From contig OZ024762.1 in assembly GCA_964016885.1 (NCBI GenBank), positions 11,470,001 through 11,534,000 of the forward strand: a DNA stretch of 64,000 nucleotides, read 5' to 3'. The translations under genes were made by a program, and so were the position numbers. Below are positions 43,850 through 58,214 of this stretch, in pieces. Under the pieces are notes generated by a model that was given only the letters and a program-made list of their open reading frames with translations, did not search any database and had not been told where the DNA came from. Source of the DNA: Eledone cirrhosa (lineage: Eukaryota). How positions within the stretch are numbered: the first letter of the stretch is position 1; the number at the start of each line of letters is the position of its first letter.

Positions 43850-44210
43850 ATTATGTCAGGTTGAATCTCTCGGAGAATTACGTTCAAAGATGCACAAGGT
43901 CAGCAAGTGCAGAGGATATGAAACAAGCCTGCTCCGTTGGATGTGCATGGGCGACCAAGCATAGACGAGTTGAGAGTGGAAGTGTGTATAAGAGGAATAA
44001 ACCGCTGGGTAAAGAAGTGCCAAGAAATCCCAGTAGAGGAAGACCATGGAAAACATGGGTGGAGGTGGTGAGAGCTGACCTCAGATCGCTGAAGCTGACA
44101 GAGGAGATGACGAAGGACCGTGATAAATGGAGAGATGCTGTGCTGAATAGAACCCATCCCATCCTTGTAAGCAAGGAAAAGCGGATGTAAAATGATGATG
44201 ATGATGCTGA
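43850..44210 (+). mobile_element. RTE LINE 3' fragment (second subfamily; reverse copy at 45995-46143)
   Basis: RGRPWKTWVEVVRADLRSLKLTEEMTKDRDKWRDAV plus (GAT)n tail. Confidence 0.8.
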
Positions 44211-45883
44211 TGCATATGTCTGTGGAATGCTCAGCCAGTTGTATTGGATCGTCAAGTATGAAATTTGTAGAAATTTTTTATTTTTTTTTTCTACAAATTT
44301 CATACTTGACGACCCAATAGCATGTTAATTTCCTATAGCGGGATTGTCAAAGCTGCCAATTGTTCACTCTAATACAAACATCAGGTGAGGCAGGACATGT
44401 TATAGCTGCAAACTTACCTGAGAACACTCCTTTGTTCACATATAACAATTGTATTTAAATTTAACCTTTCTATTCTGTTGTGAAATATTTGGCGTTGATG
44501 TTTCATTTACTTGTTTCTCTGTAAAAACTCAGCTACAACAACACAAAGACAGGCAATAACACAACCTCAAGGATACGGTCCAGACATGGAAGAGCCAAAC
44601 ACCCTCTGTCATCGCCTCCATCTCTCTAGCCCTCCCCATCTCTCCGTATGGTGAACAAATGGTGGCCAGAATGGAGAAGGTGTTTCCCCCAGAGGATGGT
44701 ATGGGAGATGTGCTGGAAGAGCCATTCCATCTCGTGAGGCTCACACCTGCAGCTGGCCAGCTCAGTTTTGTTGTAATGTTGTGTGACTGTTCCAAACTCA
44801 AACTTATCTTTAACCCTTTAATGTTCAAACCGGCCCAAACCTGCCAGAATTCTCTCCCTCTTTCTGTTGAAACTGGCTGTAACTGGTCGCTCAAACTGAT
44901 GTTAAGGTATTGTTCTCAAAATAAATACTTTCAAAATCTCATAGATTTGATAGTATGTGAGATATGCGAGGTAAAGCCTTTACCATGAAAATATAATAGT
45001 ATATATAGAGTAATGTAAATGCTAAAGGGTTAAAAACATCCTGTACCACATGAACCCACATTCATGAAAACTATAAAATAGCACTGTAACTGCATCCAGT
45101 ACCCTATATACCATTGTGCTTAGGTGTGCTTTAGCAAAGTTCCCCGTTGACCAGGAGGGGAGGGAAGAGGGGGACATTTTACTGCCAACAAATTTTTTTA
45201 TCTCCTTCAGGCCCCAAGGAAGGGACCTCATAACTTAACTAGCACAGAGCCTCATTTGTCCTAAATACGCCATGGACTGCATCACATTGGTGGTTGGTGG
45301 TTTGGCAGTATCAGTAGAGCATCAGACACCATCCTTTGCAGCATAGAGTTATGGCCCTTTGTGGTCTGAGTTCAAATCCTGCCGAGGTTAACTTTGCCTT
45401 ACATCCTTACGGAGGGGGGGGGGTCGATACAATAAAGCACCAGTAATACACTGGGGTAATTGCTGGCCTTGTGCCAAAAGTAGAAACAATCATAAATCTA
45501 AGACTTTACCTTAGTTTTCTGTAAATTGTCTCGCTGTTCTATCCACTAATAAAGATACTGTCAACATTATAATCACCAGAGTAAAGTTTCAACTTTTTAT
45601 CATCTTGTGTAGGAAAGAGATTTATACCATGTGCCAAACGACAAACTTGATAATAGAAAAGTTCAAATTTCAAATCATTATTATCATTATATATAGGGCA
45701 GTGGATTGGCAGTATCGGTAGAGGGTCGGACGCCATGCTTTCCAGCATAGTTACGTCCCTTTACGGTCTGAAATCAAATCCCGTCAAGGTTAACTTTGCT
45801 TTTCATCCTTACAGGGTCGATAAAATAAAGTACCAGTAATGCACTGGGTAATTTCTGGCCTTGTGCCAAAAGTAGAAACAATT

Positions 45884-45924
<41 letters not shown>

Positions 45925-46567
45925 CATATATATAGAGAGAGATAGATAGATAGATATATATACATATATATATATATATATTATATATTATCATCATTAT
46001 TTTACGTCCGCTTTTCCCTGCTTGCAAGGGTGGGACGGGTTCTATTCAGCACAGCATCTCTCCACTTGTCACGGTCCTTCGTCATCTCCACCGTGAGCTT
46101 CAACGATCTGAGGTCTGCTCTCACCACCTCCGCCCATGTTTTTCGTGATGATGATGATGATGATTATATATTATATATACTATATATTATATATATATAT
46201 ATATATGCATGCCTTCCTTGTTGGGTTGGACACATGATAAGACTGATCAGGTGACAGTGTCATGTTCACACACTCCCTTTTGGCTTTTATCATGGCACCA
46301 GTATTACGTCATTTCAACACTAGATTACACATTGTGTCCTTAACTAGGCAGTAGAAGCAATGGTGGGAGTGTACAGTGTAGGGTGAGAGGGGAAAACTAG
46401 CTACCTGTTGAGGAGTGGGTCATCTCACAAGGAGAGCAGACACCAGGTGTTGGAGATGGCCATGAAGGGTGTAAGCCGCTTCAGTTTATTTTTTGTCTTT
46501 CAATAAAAAAAAAAATGGTAATGAAATTATGAAATATTCTTTGTGTTGCAGTTCCAGAGATTTGCCA

Positions 46568-46720
46568 ATGGCACTCCAGTTTTGGCGAATTTACCTCCGA
46601 ACACCAGGACGCCGATCCTTTGTATTCCTGGCATTACTGGTCCTCGTCCTTATGATGACTATCTTCAATATTTCCTATGTAAGCTTCAGCAAACAACAAA
46701 AGGATAGTGACTTGCTTCAG
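46568..46720 (+). CDS. MGAT5: MGAT5/GnT-V coding exon 1 (cytosolic tail + signal-anchor TM)
   Basis: ATG at 46568: MALQFWRIYLRTPGRRS-FVFLALLVLVLMMTIFNISYV-SFSKQQKDSDLLQ, a type II membrane N-terminus. Upstream acceptor ttgcag (AG 46550-51); donor CAG|gtaggt at 46721, phase 0, joins in frame to the next exon. Confidence 0.85.
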
Positions 46721-47487
46721 GTAGGTTCAATGAAGATTTTTAATTCATCATAGACTGTTCACTTTTCTGACATTTGTACATTACTCTATGTACTATACAT
46801 GCACCTTTGATGAGTTGTAGTGCACCTGAGCACTGTACACAATAATTTTCATTATATTTATAGTGCTGATGTCACAATAAAATACACCCAGTGCACTCTG
46901 TAAAGTGGTAGAGCTAATTCCACAGTAAAATACACTCTGTAAAGTGGTAGTGCTGATGTCACAATAAAATACACCCAGTACACTCTGTAAAGTGGTAGTG
47001 CTGATGCCATGACAAAATACACCCAGTAAACTCTGCAAAGTGGTAGTATTGATGCCATGATAAAATACACCAGTACACTCTGTAAATTGGTATTGCTGAT
47101 GTCATGATAAAATACACCCAGTCCACTCTGTAAAGTGGTATAGCTGATGTTACAATAAAATACAAAGAACTAACGATTTGCAACTCAAATTGTGTCTTTC
47201 ATTAGAAATATAATAATGAAATCAACCAATCCACACTGGAAAGTGGTTGTGTGGGTGTCATGACAAAAGCACCCAGTCCACACTGCAAAGTGGTCGCTTA
47301 GGTGTCATGACAAAAAGCACCCAGCCCAGACTGTAAAGCGGTTGTGTAGATGTCATGACAAAAGCACCTAGTCCACACTGTAAAGTGGTGTAGGTGTCAT
47401 GACAAAAGTCATGATAATGGAGTTGGTGGTGGTGATGATGATAATGACGAAAGTGTTCATATTTTGTTTTATTTTGTGTTTTAACAG

Positions 47488-47587
47488 AACGAAATTATTA
47501 AACTGAGTGAGAAATATGTCCGTGCATTGGCCGAGGAGAGTAATGGAGTTGTTGATGGTCCTTATGCTGGTAGATTTACTGCTTATG
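47488..47587 (+). CDS. MGAT5: MGAT5 coding exon 2
   Basis: ttaacag|NEIIKLSEKYVRALAEESNGVVDGPYAGRFTAY(D)|gtaaga. Closely matches the vertebrate GnT-V stem as I recall it (LSKRYIKALAEENRNVVDGPYAGVMTAYD). 100 nt, phase 0 to 1. Confidence 0.95.
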
Positions 47588-47613
47588 GTAAGACATCTTC
47601 TAATCTTTTCTAA

Positions 47614-47830
47614 TCTACTTCTATATAAAGTTGTAGTTCCTGTCTGTTTGTTTGTTCATGAACTCCTCCTATGGTTTTGGAGATAGACCCCCGTAACCAT
47701 ATATATTCTGAAACTGCATTGCCCAGGGTACTTGGATAACTATATTTCATTTTAATCAAAGGGTTCCCCGGGGGAACAAACCCCTGCTGAAAACGTTTTC
47801 CCTTCGGAAAGGTGTGGGTAATTCGGCTAG
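47614..47830 (+). mobile_element. Non-autonomous Helitron-like element in MGAT5 intron 2
   Basis: A|TCTACTTCTATATAAAG start, subterminal hairpin-like TTTTCC-CTTC-GGAAAG, CTAG|T end, no TSD. Confidence 0.6.
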
Positions 47831-48064
47831 TTTTATTTATAAAACAGTTTAAAAGGTACTCAATGCATGTGTGAATGAGTATGCTCCACTACCAACAAAC
47901 TTACCTTCCACTGCTTTGTCTATAATCTCTTGTCATGTTATTTATACCCGTGAACATGCTGCTTACAAAATCAGAAAACAGTACAGCTCCCATGACTGGG
48001 AGAACTGCTGATTTCTACAAGTTATCTGCCCTGTCCAAACCTTGTGTATTTTGTCGTCTGTCAG

Positions 48065-48223
48065 ATCTGAAGAAGACAATTGCTGTATTGCTTGAAAACA
48101 TGCTGAATCGTATTGATAGAATGGAGAGCTTACTTAACTACCTCATGCCAAACCAGTCCCTTGCTTATAAAGACAACTTATCCTTTAACCTTATAAGCCA
48201 GAATTCATATTTGAATGCCAAAG
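48065..48223 (+). CDS. MGAT5: MGAT5 coding exon 3
   Basis: tcag|(D)LKKTIAVLLENMLNRIDRMESLL...YLNAK|gtaagt. Matches GnT-V DLKKTLAVLLDNILQRI. 159 nt, phase 1 to 1. Confidence 0.95.
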
Positions 48224-48759
48224 GTAAGTCAGTCTTTTTCTCACTTCTTTGGCTCATATTTGATCTTTCTTCTTTCTAGTTTTCTCTTCACATTTAAAAA
48301 TGTATCATCTCAGCATTATGGATTGGCAGTATCGGTAGAGGGCCGGACACCATGCTTTGTAGCATAGAGTTACGTCCCTTTACAGACTGAGTTCAAATCC
48401 CACCGAGGTTAACTTTGCCTTTCATCCTTGCGGGGTGCGATAAAATAAAGTACCAGTAATACACTGGGATAATTGCTGGCCTTGTGCCAAAAGTAGAAAC
48501 AATTATATATAACATAGATGATGGTGATGATAAAATATTGTAGTTTGCTTGAAGCATTGTATATAATATATATTATATAATGTGGAAAGTGATGTATGGT
48601 TAAACAATGCAAAATGGACAATAAGATGAAGGTAACGGAAAAGTAAGTTACCTGGTAATCTTTGTTTTTGTTGCTGTTGTTACTTTTGTCCTAATATTTC
48701 GGGTCTTAAAATTCCCTTCTTCAGGGTATAAGGAGCTCAGAGAAAACTGTTCCGGTTTC

Positions 48760-49462
48760 ATCATTATATATAAAATGATATCAACATTATATATATACCA
48801 TCATATATACACATTATATATAACATGATATCAACATTATATATAATACCATCAACATTATATATAACATGATATCAACATTATATATAATACCATCTCA
48901 ACATTATATATAACATGATATCAACATTATATATAATACCATGATATCAACATTATATATAACATGTTATCAATATTATATATAACATGTTATCAACATT
49001 ATATATAACATGATATCAACATTATACATAACATGATATCAACATTATATATAATACCATCTCAACATTATATATAACATGTTATCAACATTATATATAA
49101 CATGTTATCAACATTATATATAACATGATATCAACATTATATATAACATGTTATCAACATTATATATAACATGATATCAACATTATATATAACATGATAT
49201 CAACATTATATATAACATGATATCAACATTATATATAACATGATATCAACATTATATATAACATGATATCAACATTATACATAACATGATATCAACATTA
49301 TATATAATACCATCTCAACATTATATATAACATGTTATCAACATTATATATAACATGATATCAACATTATACATAACATGATATCAACATTATATATAAC
49401 ATGATATCAACATTATACATAACATGATATCAACATTATATATAATATCATCTCAACATTAT
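48760..49462. repeat. 23-bp tandem repeat
   Basis: (aacattatatataacatgatatc)n. Confidence 0.95.
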
Positions 49463-49463
49463 A

Positions 49464-49552
49464 CAGGTTGCCCCAGCCCCAAATGTATGCACACTTTAAC
49501 AGCATTCTAATATTCTAATAAATATATGTATACATTTTTGGGGGACACCCTG
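49464..49552. mobile_element. Tc1/mariner-like mini-MITE
   Basis: TA-CAGGTTGCCCC...GGGGACACCCTG-TA. Confidence 0.6.
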
Positions 49553-49654
49553 TATATAAACCAGAAAATAGAAGAATTTTTATTTTCAAAAGATAAATAA
49601 ATATGAGAAAGAAAGATAAAAGCAAAATTAAGTGACGAGGAAATGTGGAGGGGA

Positions 49655-50335
49655 TAATAATAATAATAATGAAATATTGTGTACAGTGCTCAGGTGCACT
49701 ACAACTCATCAAAAAGTGTATGTATAGTACATAGGGTAATGTACAAATGTCAGGAGAGTGAACAGTGCATGAGTCATGATACACACATGTGTGCATGTAT
49801 ATGGAAGGGGTACATCAGGTGTAGTTTTGGCGTATTTCGGGAAGCATGAGTGTCTTAAAGGATGCAGTGTCTTGGCAGCTAACAACTGACGCAGGCAGTT
49901 TGTTCCATGCTTCAGTAACTCTGAGCGTGAAAAAATGTCTACGAAAGTCATGGGAGCTGTGCTGTTTTCTGATTTTGTAGGCATGTCCTCATGTGTTAGA
50001 CACATGGAGATCAAAAAGGTACTCAGGGTTGCAATTGGCGAGATGGTTAATAACTTTGTGGGTATTTACCAAGTCCATTGCCAGACGTCGGAGCTTCAAT
50101 GAATCCATGCCCAGGGAAGCAAGGCGTTCAGAGTATGGTAGGTGTCTGATGGAGGGTATGCGCTTGGTTGCACGTCTCTGAACAGTTTCCAGGAGGTCAA
50201 TGTTCTGAGCAAGATAGGGGTTCCAGACTGGGAAGAGAAGATCTGGCTGTATGGGAAAGTAGACAAAAGGTCTATAAAAACCAGCAAATTATCGCTTAAA
50301 ATCCTGTACCACAAGAAACCACATTAGCTAGACAT
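49655..50335 (-). mobile_element. CR1-group LINE 3' end (smaller pieces at 31060-31275, 46753-46858, 47935-47995, 63640-63872)
   Basis: Near-identical to 11270-11855 and extends further 5'. Confidence 0.85.
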
Positions 50336-51254
50336 TCTTGAAAAATATGAAACAGCACATTAAAAAAATTAAAGTGTTTATCTTTAATACTGCAAATGTT
50401 CCCCATGATCTGTCCACTAGTAAAGATACTATAAACCTTTAGCATTCACATTACTCTACATATACTAGTATTTTCAAAGTAAATATTTTGATATTTTTAT
50501 TTTGAGAACAATACATTGAACAGAAATAGGTGAGAGAATTTTGGCTGGATATGGCAGATTTAACCCTTTAGCATTTACATTACTCTGTATTTACTATTGT
50601 ATTTTTGTGGTAAAGTCTTTACCTCATATAATTATCTCACATGATATCGAATCTACGAGATTTTGATATTATTTATTTTGAGAACAATACCTTAATGTTG
50701 GTATGAGCGGCCAGTTATGACCGGTTTAAACAGAAAGAGATGAGAGAATTTTGGCTGGATATGGCCAGTTTGAATGCTAAAGGGTTAAACATTTGAATTA
50801 ACAAATTTCTTTTTAGACATTTTCTACTAAATCATTACAGGATGTTAAGAGTTAAACTTTTTGAAGGTAATTACTATATTCTTTGAATTAATTATTATAT
50901 TCTGTGTAAATTAATTAAGAATCAGGAGTTTTAGCAACTAATAATTCCATTGTGTAAATTGATAATATATATTTATTAATTGTATTATGTTAATTAATGC
51001 CTATATAGGGTAAATTATTGCATTAATTACTATGGATATAAATAATTATATTGCATTAATTACTTACAAATAATACGTATTTAATTACATTCTATTAAGA
51101 TGTTTGCTGGGATAGGCTTAGCAAGACATTCTTGAAAAGTACAAAACAGTACGGTGACTGCCTCACAGTAAAAATAACCAAAGTCTTTTATTCACAATTG
51201 TATAAAAATATGATAATATAATGCTTACAGAACAAAAACACAAACGATGATGAT

Positions 51255-51835
51255 CATCATCATCATCGTTTATCCACGCTAGCATGGGTTAGACGGGAGT
51301 TGTCCCACTTGAGGCAAGATTGGTCGGGTGACCGTGTCTCGCTCGTGTAGGCAGGTTTTCTACGGCTGGATGCCCTTCCTAACACCAACCACATTTACAG
51401 TGTGGACTGGGAGCTTTTTACCGTGACTCCTACACGGCCACATTGCAGCGTAGGCTGTGTGTTTTTTTGTTGCGACACCTACACAACCACATTAGTTTGG
51501 ACTGGATGTTGTGGTACCAACATAACTTTATAAAGAAAGGGTGGTGTTGGTGGGAGTGGGAGGATGGAGTAGGGATAGTGGGTTGGGGTGTATATTTGGT
51601 TAAGAGGTGCCTACTGACTGTAGGTTAACTTTGCACGTAGGGAAGACGGGTCTTCTGTATTACTGCATGGCGCCAAAGATCTCGAACCAGTGACATTGTC
51701 TTAGAGAGGTGCAAGTGTGCAAGGTTGGACTTTATCATGTCTTCCCAGGTTTTTCTGGGTCTACCTACTCCATAACTTCCCTCAATTTTGATCGCCCTGC
51801 ACTTTTTTTATACAGATGTTGCCTTCATGCACATC
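51255..51835 (-). mobile_element. RTE LINE 3' end fragment
   Basis: Reverse complement of the 37500-38065 sequence, with (CAT)n at the left end. Confidence 0.85.
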
Positions 51836-52475
51836 ATGATATATACAAATAATAAAAAAAAGGATACAGATCCCATAACTCCTTGTGGAGTCGTAGAGGC
51901 AGCGTTATATGGCGTGTCTAGGGCACGTTTAAGCCTGGCGGGGCCCAACCCTCTCCAGGTCTGGACACAGCAGATTTTTTTTTTATAGAGGAAGAATCAA
52001 CCCCAGTACTGGACAGGTACTTTTTTTATGGACCTCAAAAGGATGAAAGATAAAGTTGACCTCAGCAGGATTTGAACTCAAAGAGCAGAGAGCCGGAACG
52101 AAATGACTCTTCCAATTCACCGCCTAAATAAATGATTACAGGATGTTAAAACTTAAGGACGAAAAGCTAAGGTGACCTTGGTAGGATTTGAACTCAGGGA
52201 GCCAGAACAAATACCACAAAGCATTTTATGTTTAAATTCTAATGATTCTGCCAATTCCTCAACTGAGAGTCGTTGAAGAAAATAAGTTACATACAATATT
52301 AACAGCCTTATACAAATTCACAATTGTCTTATGTTAATTAACAACTTTACTATGCAGACTTACAATTATCTTATGTAAATTAGCAATTATTTTATGTAAA
52401 TTAACTTCTATCTAAAATTAATTTCAATACAAATATTCAAATTTGTCTTTAAAAACTAAAAAATTCTATTTCCAG

Positions 52476-52558
52476 ATATTCTTGTAGGAAAAGTGGAAAG
52501 TTGTGTTTTGTCAAAAAGTGATAAAATTTCGCACCCGTTTTGCACTGGAAAACTGGAG
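52476..52558 (+). CDS. MGAT5: MGAT5 coding exon 4
   Basis: ttccag|(D)ILVGKVESCVLSKSDKISHPFCTGKLE|gtaaac. Cys pattern matches GnT-V (EKCVLP..YPHCEGKIK). 83 nt, phase 1 to 0. Confidence 0.9.
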
Positions 52559-52979
52559 GTAAACCATTAAACATACTTACCTGTACTCTTAATGAATTGA
52601 AAGAACAGTATTTTATTATACCTGAAGAAAACATTAGTGTAGATTAACTTTCTCAGATAATCGTTTAATTTCCAGCTAATTAAAGTTGGTTAATTTATCA
52701 ATTATGGTAATGTAAAATATTAACATGGTGAAGTGTGAATATCCCTTCCATTCTGGACATGTGCGGAGTTACATGGCCTACTGGTTAGGGTGTTAGACTC
52801 ACAATCATAAGGTCATGGGTTCAATTCCTGGATTGGGTGGTATATTGTGTCCTTCAACAAGACACTTCATTTTACATTGCTCCAGTCCACTCAACTCAGC
52901 TGATAAACAAAATGTGTACTAGCAGAAATAGATAGTCCTTGCCACAGACTAACATCCAGTCCAAGGAGGTATCTTTTCA

Positions 52980-53966
52980 TGGTAGAATTGGTGGCCCTTA
53001 TCATTTAAACATTTGAGAAACCTCCTATGAGATGTTATTTAAACCTATATAGGTGTAAGATATAGTAACATAATAGAACTGGAGGTTCTATCATTAAAAT
53101 ATCTGTGAAACCTCCTATGAGATGTTAGTTAAACCTATATAGCTATGAGATGTAATAGCATGATAGAACTGGGGGTTCTGTCATTAAAATATCTGTGAAA
53201 CCTCCTATGAGATGTTAGTTAAACCTATATAGCTATGAGATGTAATAGCATGATAGAACTGGGGGTTCTATCATTAAAATATCTGTGAAACCTCCTATGA
53301 GATGTTAGTTAAACCTATATAGCTATGAGATGTAATAGCATGATAGAACTGGGGATTCTGTCATTAAAATGTCTGTGAAACCTCCTATGAGATGTTAGTT
53401 AAACCTATAAAGCTATGAGATGTAATAGCATGATAGAACTGGGGGTTCTGTCATTAAAATATCTGTGAAACCTCCTATGAGATGTTAGTTAAACCTATAT
53501 AGCTATGAGATGTAATAGCATGATAGAACTGGGGGTTCTGTCATTAAAATATCTGTGAAACTTCCTATGAGATGTTAGTTAAACCTATATAGCTATGAGA
53601 TGTAATAGCATGATAGAACTGGGGATTCTGTCATTAAAATGTCTGTGAAACCTCCTATGAGATGTTAGTTAAACCTATATAGCTATGAGATGTAATAGCA
53701 TGATAGAACTGGGGGTTCTGTCATTAAAATATCTGTGAAACCTCCTATGAGATGTTAGTTAAACCTATATAGCTATGAGATGTAATAGCATGATAGAACT
53801 GGGGATTCTGTCATTAAAATGTCTGTGAAACCTCCTATGAGATGTTAGTTAAACCTATATAGCTATGAGATGTAATAGCATGATAAAACTGGGGGTTCTA
53901 TCATTAAAACACCTGAGAAAAACTCTATGAGATGTTATTTGAACCTATATAGGTGTGAGATGTAAC
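52980..53966. repeat. 90-bp minisatellite, about 11 copies, MGAT5 intron 4
   Basis: atctgtgaaacctcctatgagatgttagtt...tgatagaactgggggttctgtcattaaaat; each unit has a small hairpin. Confidence 0.95.
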
Positions 53967-54413
53967 AACAACAGTCCAGGAACCAGTCAGATTGTCCATG
54001 GTTGACAGGTAGAGGCCCAATGATGATACCCTTTTGCTCTTGGTTCTTGGGGTAGATGCCTGATATGGGATGTCATTCTTAACTACTTCACTCCTCACAT
54101 TTTAGATCAGGCAGGGGTAAGCTTTTTCAAGCAGTGGGCCGCAAAGGATGTGGGACATCATAGGGTGAGCCGAACTCCTAAAAAAATCCAAGGCAATCTT
54201 GAAATTAGGCATGCCATTCAGAAAGCCAAATTGACCGACTGCATGCGGCTCATGGGCCACAGTTTGCTCATGACAGTCTTAGATGCTGCGAAGGAGATGA
54301 CAGTCACTGCATCAATGGCCAGTAACTTGGTCTAATGAAGATGTGGTGAGGTGTAGTTGATAGATGTTGGTGAACCTGTAATAAAAACCTCGAAATGTTG
54401 TTTCTTTTCTTAG

Positions 54414-54503
54414 TGGATGCGACGTATGTGGAAAACTCATCCCTGTTACAAACTTTATGGAGTTGATGGAACAGAATGTTCTTTCCTCATGTATCTCAGT
54501 GAG
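54414..54503 (+). CDS. MGAT5: MGAT5 coding exon 5
   Basis: ttttcttag|WMRRMWKTHPCYKLYGVDGTECSFLMYLSE|gtgagt. Matches GnT-V WMKDMWRSDPCYADYGVDGSTCSFFIYLSE. 90 nt, phase 0 to 0. Confidence 0.95.
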
Positions 54504-55524
54504 GTGAGTTGTCTACAGTTGTTTGATATTATATTGTGTGTGTGTGTGTGCTTCTAATACTCTGTGTGTATATGTATGTGTCTGTGTTTGTGCTTCAGAT
54601 ACTGTGTGTGTGTGTGTGTCTGTGCTTCAGATACTGTGTGTGTCTATGTATGTGTCCGTGCTTCAAATACTGTGTGTGTCTGTGGTTCCATATCTCTGTG
54701 TGTGTCTGAGGATGTGTGTGTGTGTGTGTGTCTGTGCTTCAGATACTGTGTGTGTGTCTATGTATGTGTCTGTGCTTCAAATACTGTGTCTGTGGTTCCA
54801 TATCTGTGTGTGTGTGTCTGAGGATGTGAATGTATGTATGTGTGTGTGTGTCTGTGCTTCCATATCTCTGTGTGTGTCTATGTATGTGTCTGTGCTTCAA
54901 ATACTGTGTGTGTCTGTGCTTCCATATCTGTGTGTGTCTGAGTATGTGAATGTATGTGTGTGTGTGTGTCTGAGTATGTGTGTGTGTGTCTGAGTATGTG
55001 AATCTATGTGTGTGTGTGTCTGTGCTTCCATATCTGTGTGTGAGGGTTTCTACATTGGAATGTAAGATTTTTAGTAAATGGGCTACATCACCATCATCAT
55101 CATCGTCGTTTGACCATCTCATTGTATGGCTGATGTTTGGAACATAACTTAACAAAGGTTCTTACATAAAATTACTCTGGAAGGTTTTAGATAAATATAA
55201 ACACCTTAAAATAAACAGTTTTGTATCTTAGAAACACAGGGAGGAGTGTTCAGCTGGTTTGGAACATAACTTAACAAAGGTTCTTACATAAAATTACCCT
55301 GGAAGGTTTTAGATAAATATAAACACCTTAAAATAAACAATTTTGTATCTTAGAAACATGGGAGGTTTCAGGAAGTTTCGATACAAAAAGATTAACGTAG
55401 GTTAACTATTCTAGGTCAGATTGTTGCATCAGTCCTAGGAGTGTCTGCTGCCAAGCAACAAAGTTTTAACACATAAAAATATAGAAAGAGTGTGTATGTG
55501 TTTTTTGTATATGCGTGTTTGTGA

Positions 55525-55594
<70 letters not shown>

Positions 55595-56134
55595 GAAAAG
55601 TATAGAAAACATTGTAGCAAAAAGCCAACAGTATTCTATAATAAATAAATGAAAGGTATAGAAAACATTGTAGCAAAAAGCCAACAGTATTCCATAATAA
55701 ATAAATGAAATGTATAGAAAACATTGTTGCAAAAAGCCAACAGTATTCAATAAGATATAAATGAAATGTATAGAAATCATTGTAGCAAAAAGCCATATAT
55801 ATATCATCATCATTTCATTTCCGCTTTTTCCCTGCTTGCACGGGTGGGACGGGAACTGATTCTGGCTTGATTTCTACAGCTGGATGCCCTTCCTAACACC
55901 AACCTCATTTACAGTGAGTGCTGGGTGCTTTTTAGCCATGGCACCTCCACGTCCACTTTACAGTGGAATGATATGGACCCCAGTCCCTATCATCTCATTT
56001 CTACAGCTGAGTAAACTGGAACAATGTGAAATAAAGTCTCTTGCTCAAGGAAACAACACATCACCTGGTCTGAGAATTGAACTCACAACCTTTCGATTGC
56101 AAGGCCAATGCTCTAACCACTAAGCCATGTGCCT

Positions 56135-56182
<48 letters not shown>

Positions 56183-56393
56183 GTATATATATATATTTGT
56201 TTTGCAAGGTTTTTTATATGAAATCATGTGTCAAAACAAATATTACAATATGACCATCCCCAAGTATAACAATATATATATTTGTGTTTGTGAATATATA
56301 TATGTATATGTGTGTTTGCGAATATATATATGTATATGTGTGAATGTATATGTATGTTTGTGAATGTGTATATATATGTGTGTTTGTGAATGT

Positions 56394-56447
<54 letters not shown>

Positions 56448-56796
56448 ATATATATTTATTGGCAACATGACCCTCCCAAAGTATAACAATATATATATTT
56501 TTATATATATATGTGTGTGTGTGTATGTATATGTGTGCTTGTGAATATAAATATGTGTGTGTGTGTATATGTGTGCTTATGAATATAAATATGTATGTGT
56601 ATGTGGGTGTGTATATATATGTGTGTGTGTGTAGATATATATATATGTGTGCGTATGTGTATGTATTAAGATAAAAACAAGCTATATCTGAGATATAATT
56701 AATAAAATTGAGTTGACAGTCTCAAATGCTATCTCTAAATACATTTACACAGATGTAATATGTGTAAATCTGATGTATCTGTATATATATATATAT

Positions 56797-56827
<31 letters not shown>

Positions 56828-57385
56828 CCGTTTTACGTCCGTTCTTCCATGCTAGCATGGGTTAGACGGTTTGTCCTATTGTGGGCAGTGCCTTGCTCAT
56901 ACAGGAACTGATTTTGGCTTGATTTCTACAGCTGGGTGCCCTTCCTAACACCAACCTCATTTACAGTGAGTGCTGGGTGCTTTTTTCCATGGCGCCTACA
57001 CGTCCACTTTACAGTGTGGGCTGGGTGCTTTTTTGCCGTGGTAGCTCCACGACCCCTTTGCAGTGGGAGGGCGTGGGGGCATATTGTCTATATGCTTCAG
57101 CTTGTACTCATGGGAGGTCGGGTACTGTGTATTACTGCGTGACGCCAGAGGTCATGGTCGTGTGTCATCGCCTTTGAGAGGTGTAATTGGGTAAGGTCGG
57201 CTTTTATCACCTCATCCCAGGTTTTCTTGGGTCTGCCCACTCCACGGTTTCCATTGACTTCTAGTGCTCTGCACCTTTTTATGCAGCTGTCATCCTTCAT
57301 ACGCATCACATGTCCATACCAACGCAACCGCCTCTCCTGCACACAGCATTTGATTCCTCTTATGCTCAGTATCTCTCTCAATTCA
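56797..57385 (-). mobile_element. RTE LINE 3' end fragment
   Basis: ORF RLRWYGHVMRMKDDSCIKRC..GVGRPKKTWDEVI plus tail and (CAT)n. Confidence 0.88.
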
Positions 57386-58214
57386 TTTATGCTTATATAT
57401 ATATATATATATATTTATATGTGTGTGTGTGTGTGTGTGTATAAATTTGAGTTTTTTTCATCATCCCCTTCCTTCCTTTTACGCACATACATTCACGCAG
57501 GCAGCAGACATAAAGAGATAGGAGTAGTATGAGGTACTCAAACTATACTCCTGTCTCTTTACATGTTGTGACAGAATCGCAGAAATTTATATATAGATTA
57601 TAGACTGGAACAGGTATTCAATTGCCAGCATAAGCATACTCCCCAATAACATAACTTGACATCATTCCCTTTGAACATAAACATTAGCACTATCATTCAC
57701 ATTTACTCTCTCTGGTTTCCTCTATTTGACACCAAACACCCTATGAAACACTATCCCTAAGATAACATCAATATATCTGAGCTGTATACAACTAATTAGG
57801 TCAGCAATATATGATACTCTTTGATCTGACATGATCTATAGCTCTAAACTTTAGTCCATTCAAAGGACAAATGACCTTATGTGATAACAAGGCTAATGAC
57901 AGCTACAACTAGCCACAGCGAATAAGTTAGTTGTGGCTGTCACCAGTACTACTTTCCTCTTTCACCAGTAATACTTTCCTCTTTCTCTCTCAGTACATAC
58001 CGTTTCTTCTTCTTCTTCTTCTTCTTCTTCTTCTTCTTCTTCTTCTTCTTTTTCTTTTTCTTCATCTTTTTCTTTTTTCTTTTTCTTCTTTTTCTTTTTC
58101 TTCTTCTTCCATCATAGTACTGCTATGTATAAAACCTACTTCCTACACGATGACACACCCTTCAATCTCTATATGTATGTATAAATATGTATGTATGTGT
58201 ATATATGTATATAT

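Noticed and set aside
44529-44988. Overlapping 121-aa and 109-aa ORFs
   Set aside because: Partly within a MITE; no recognisable domain or splice pattern.
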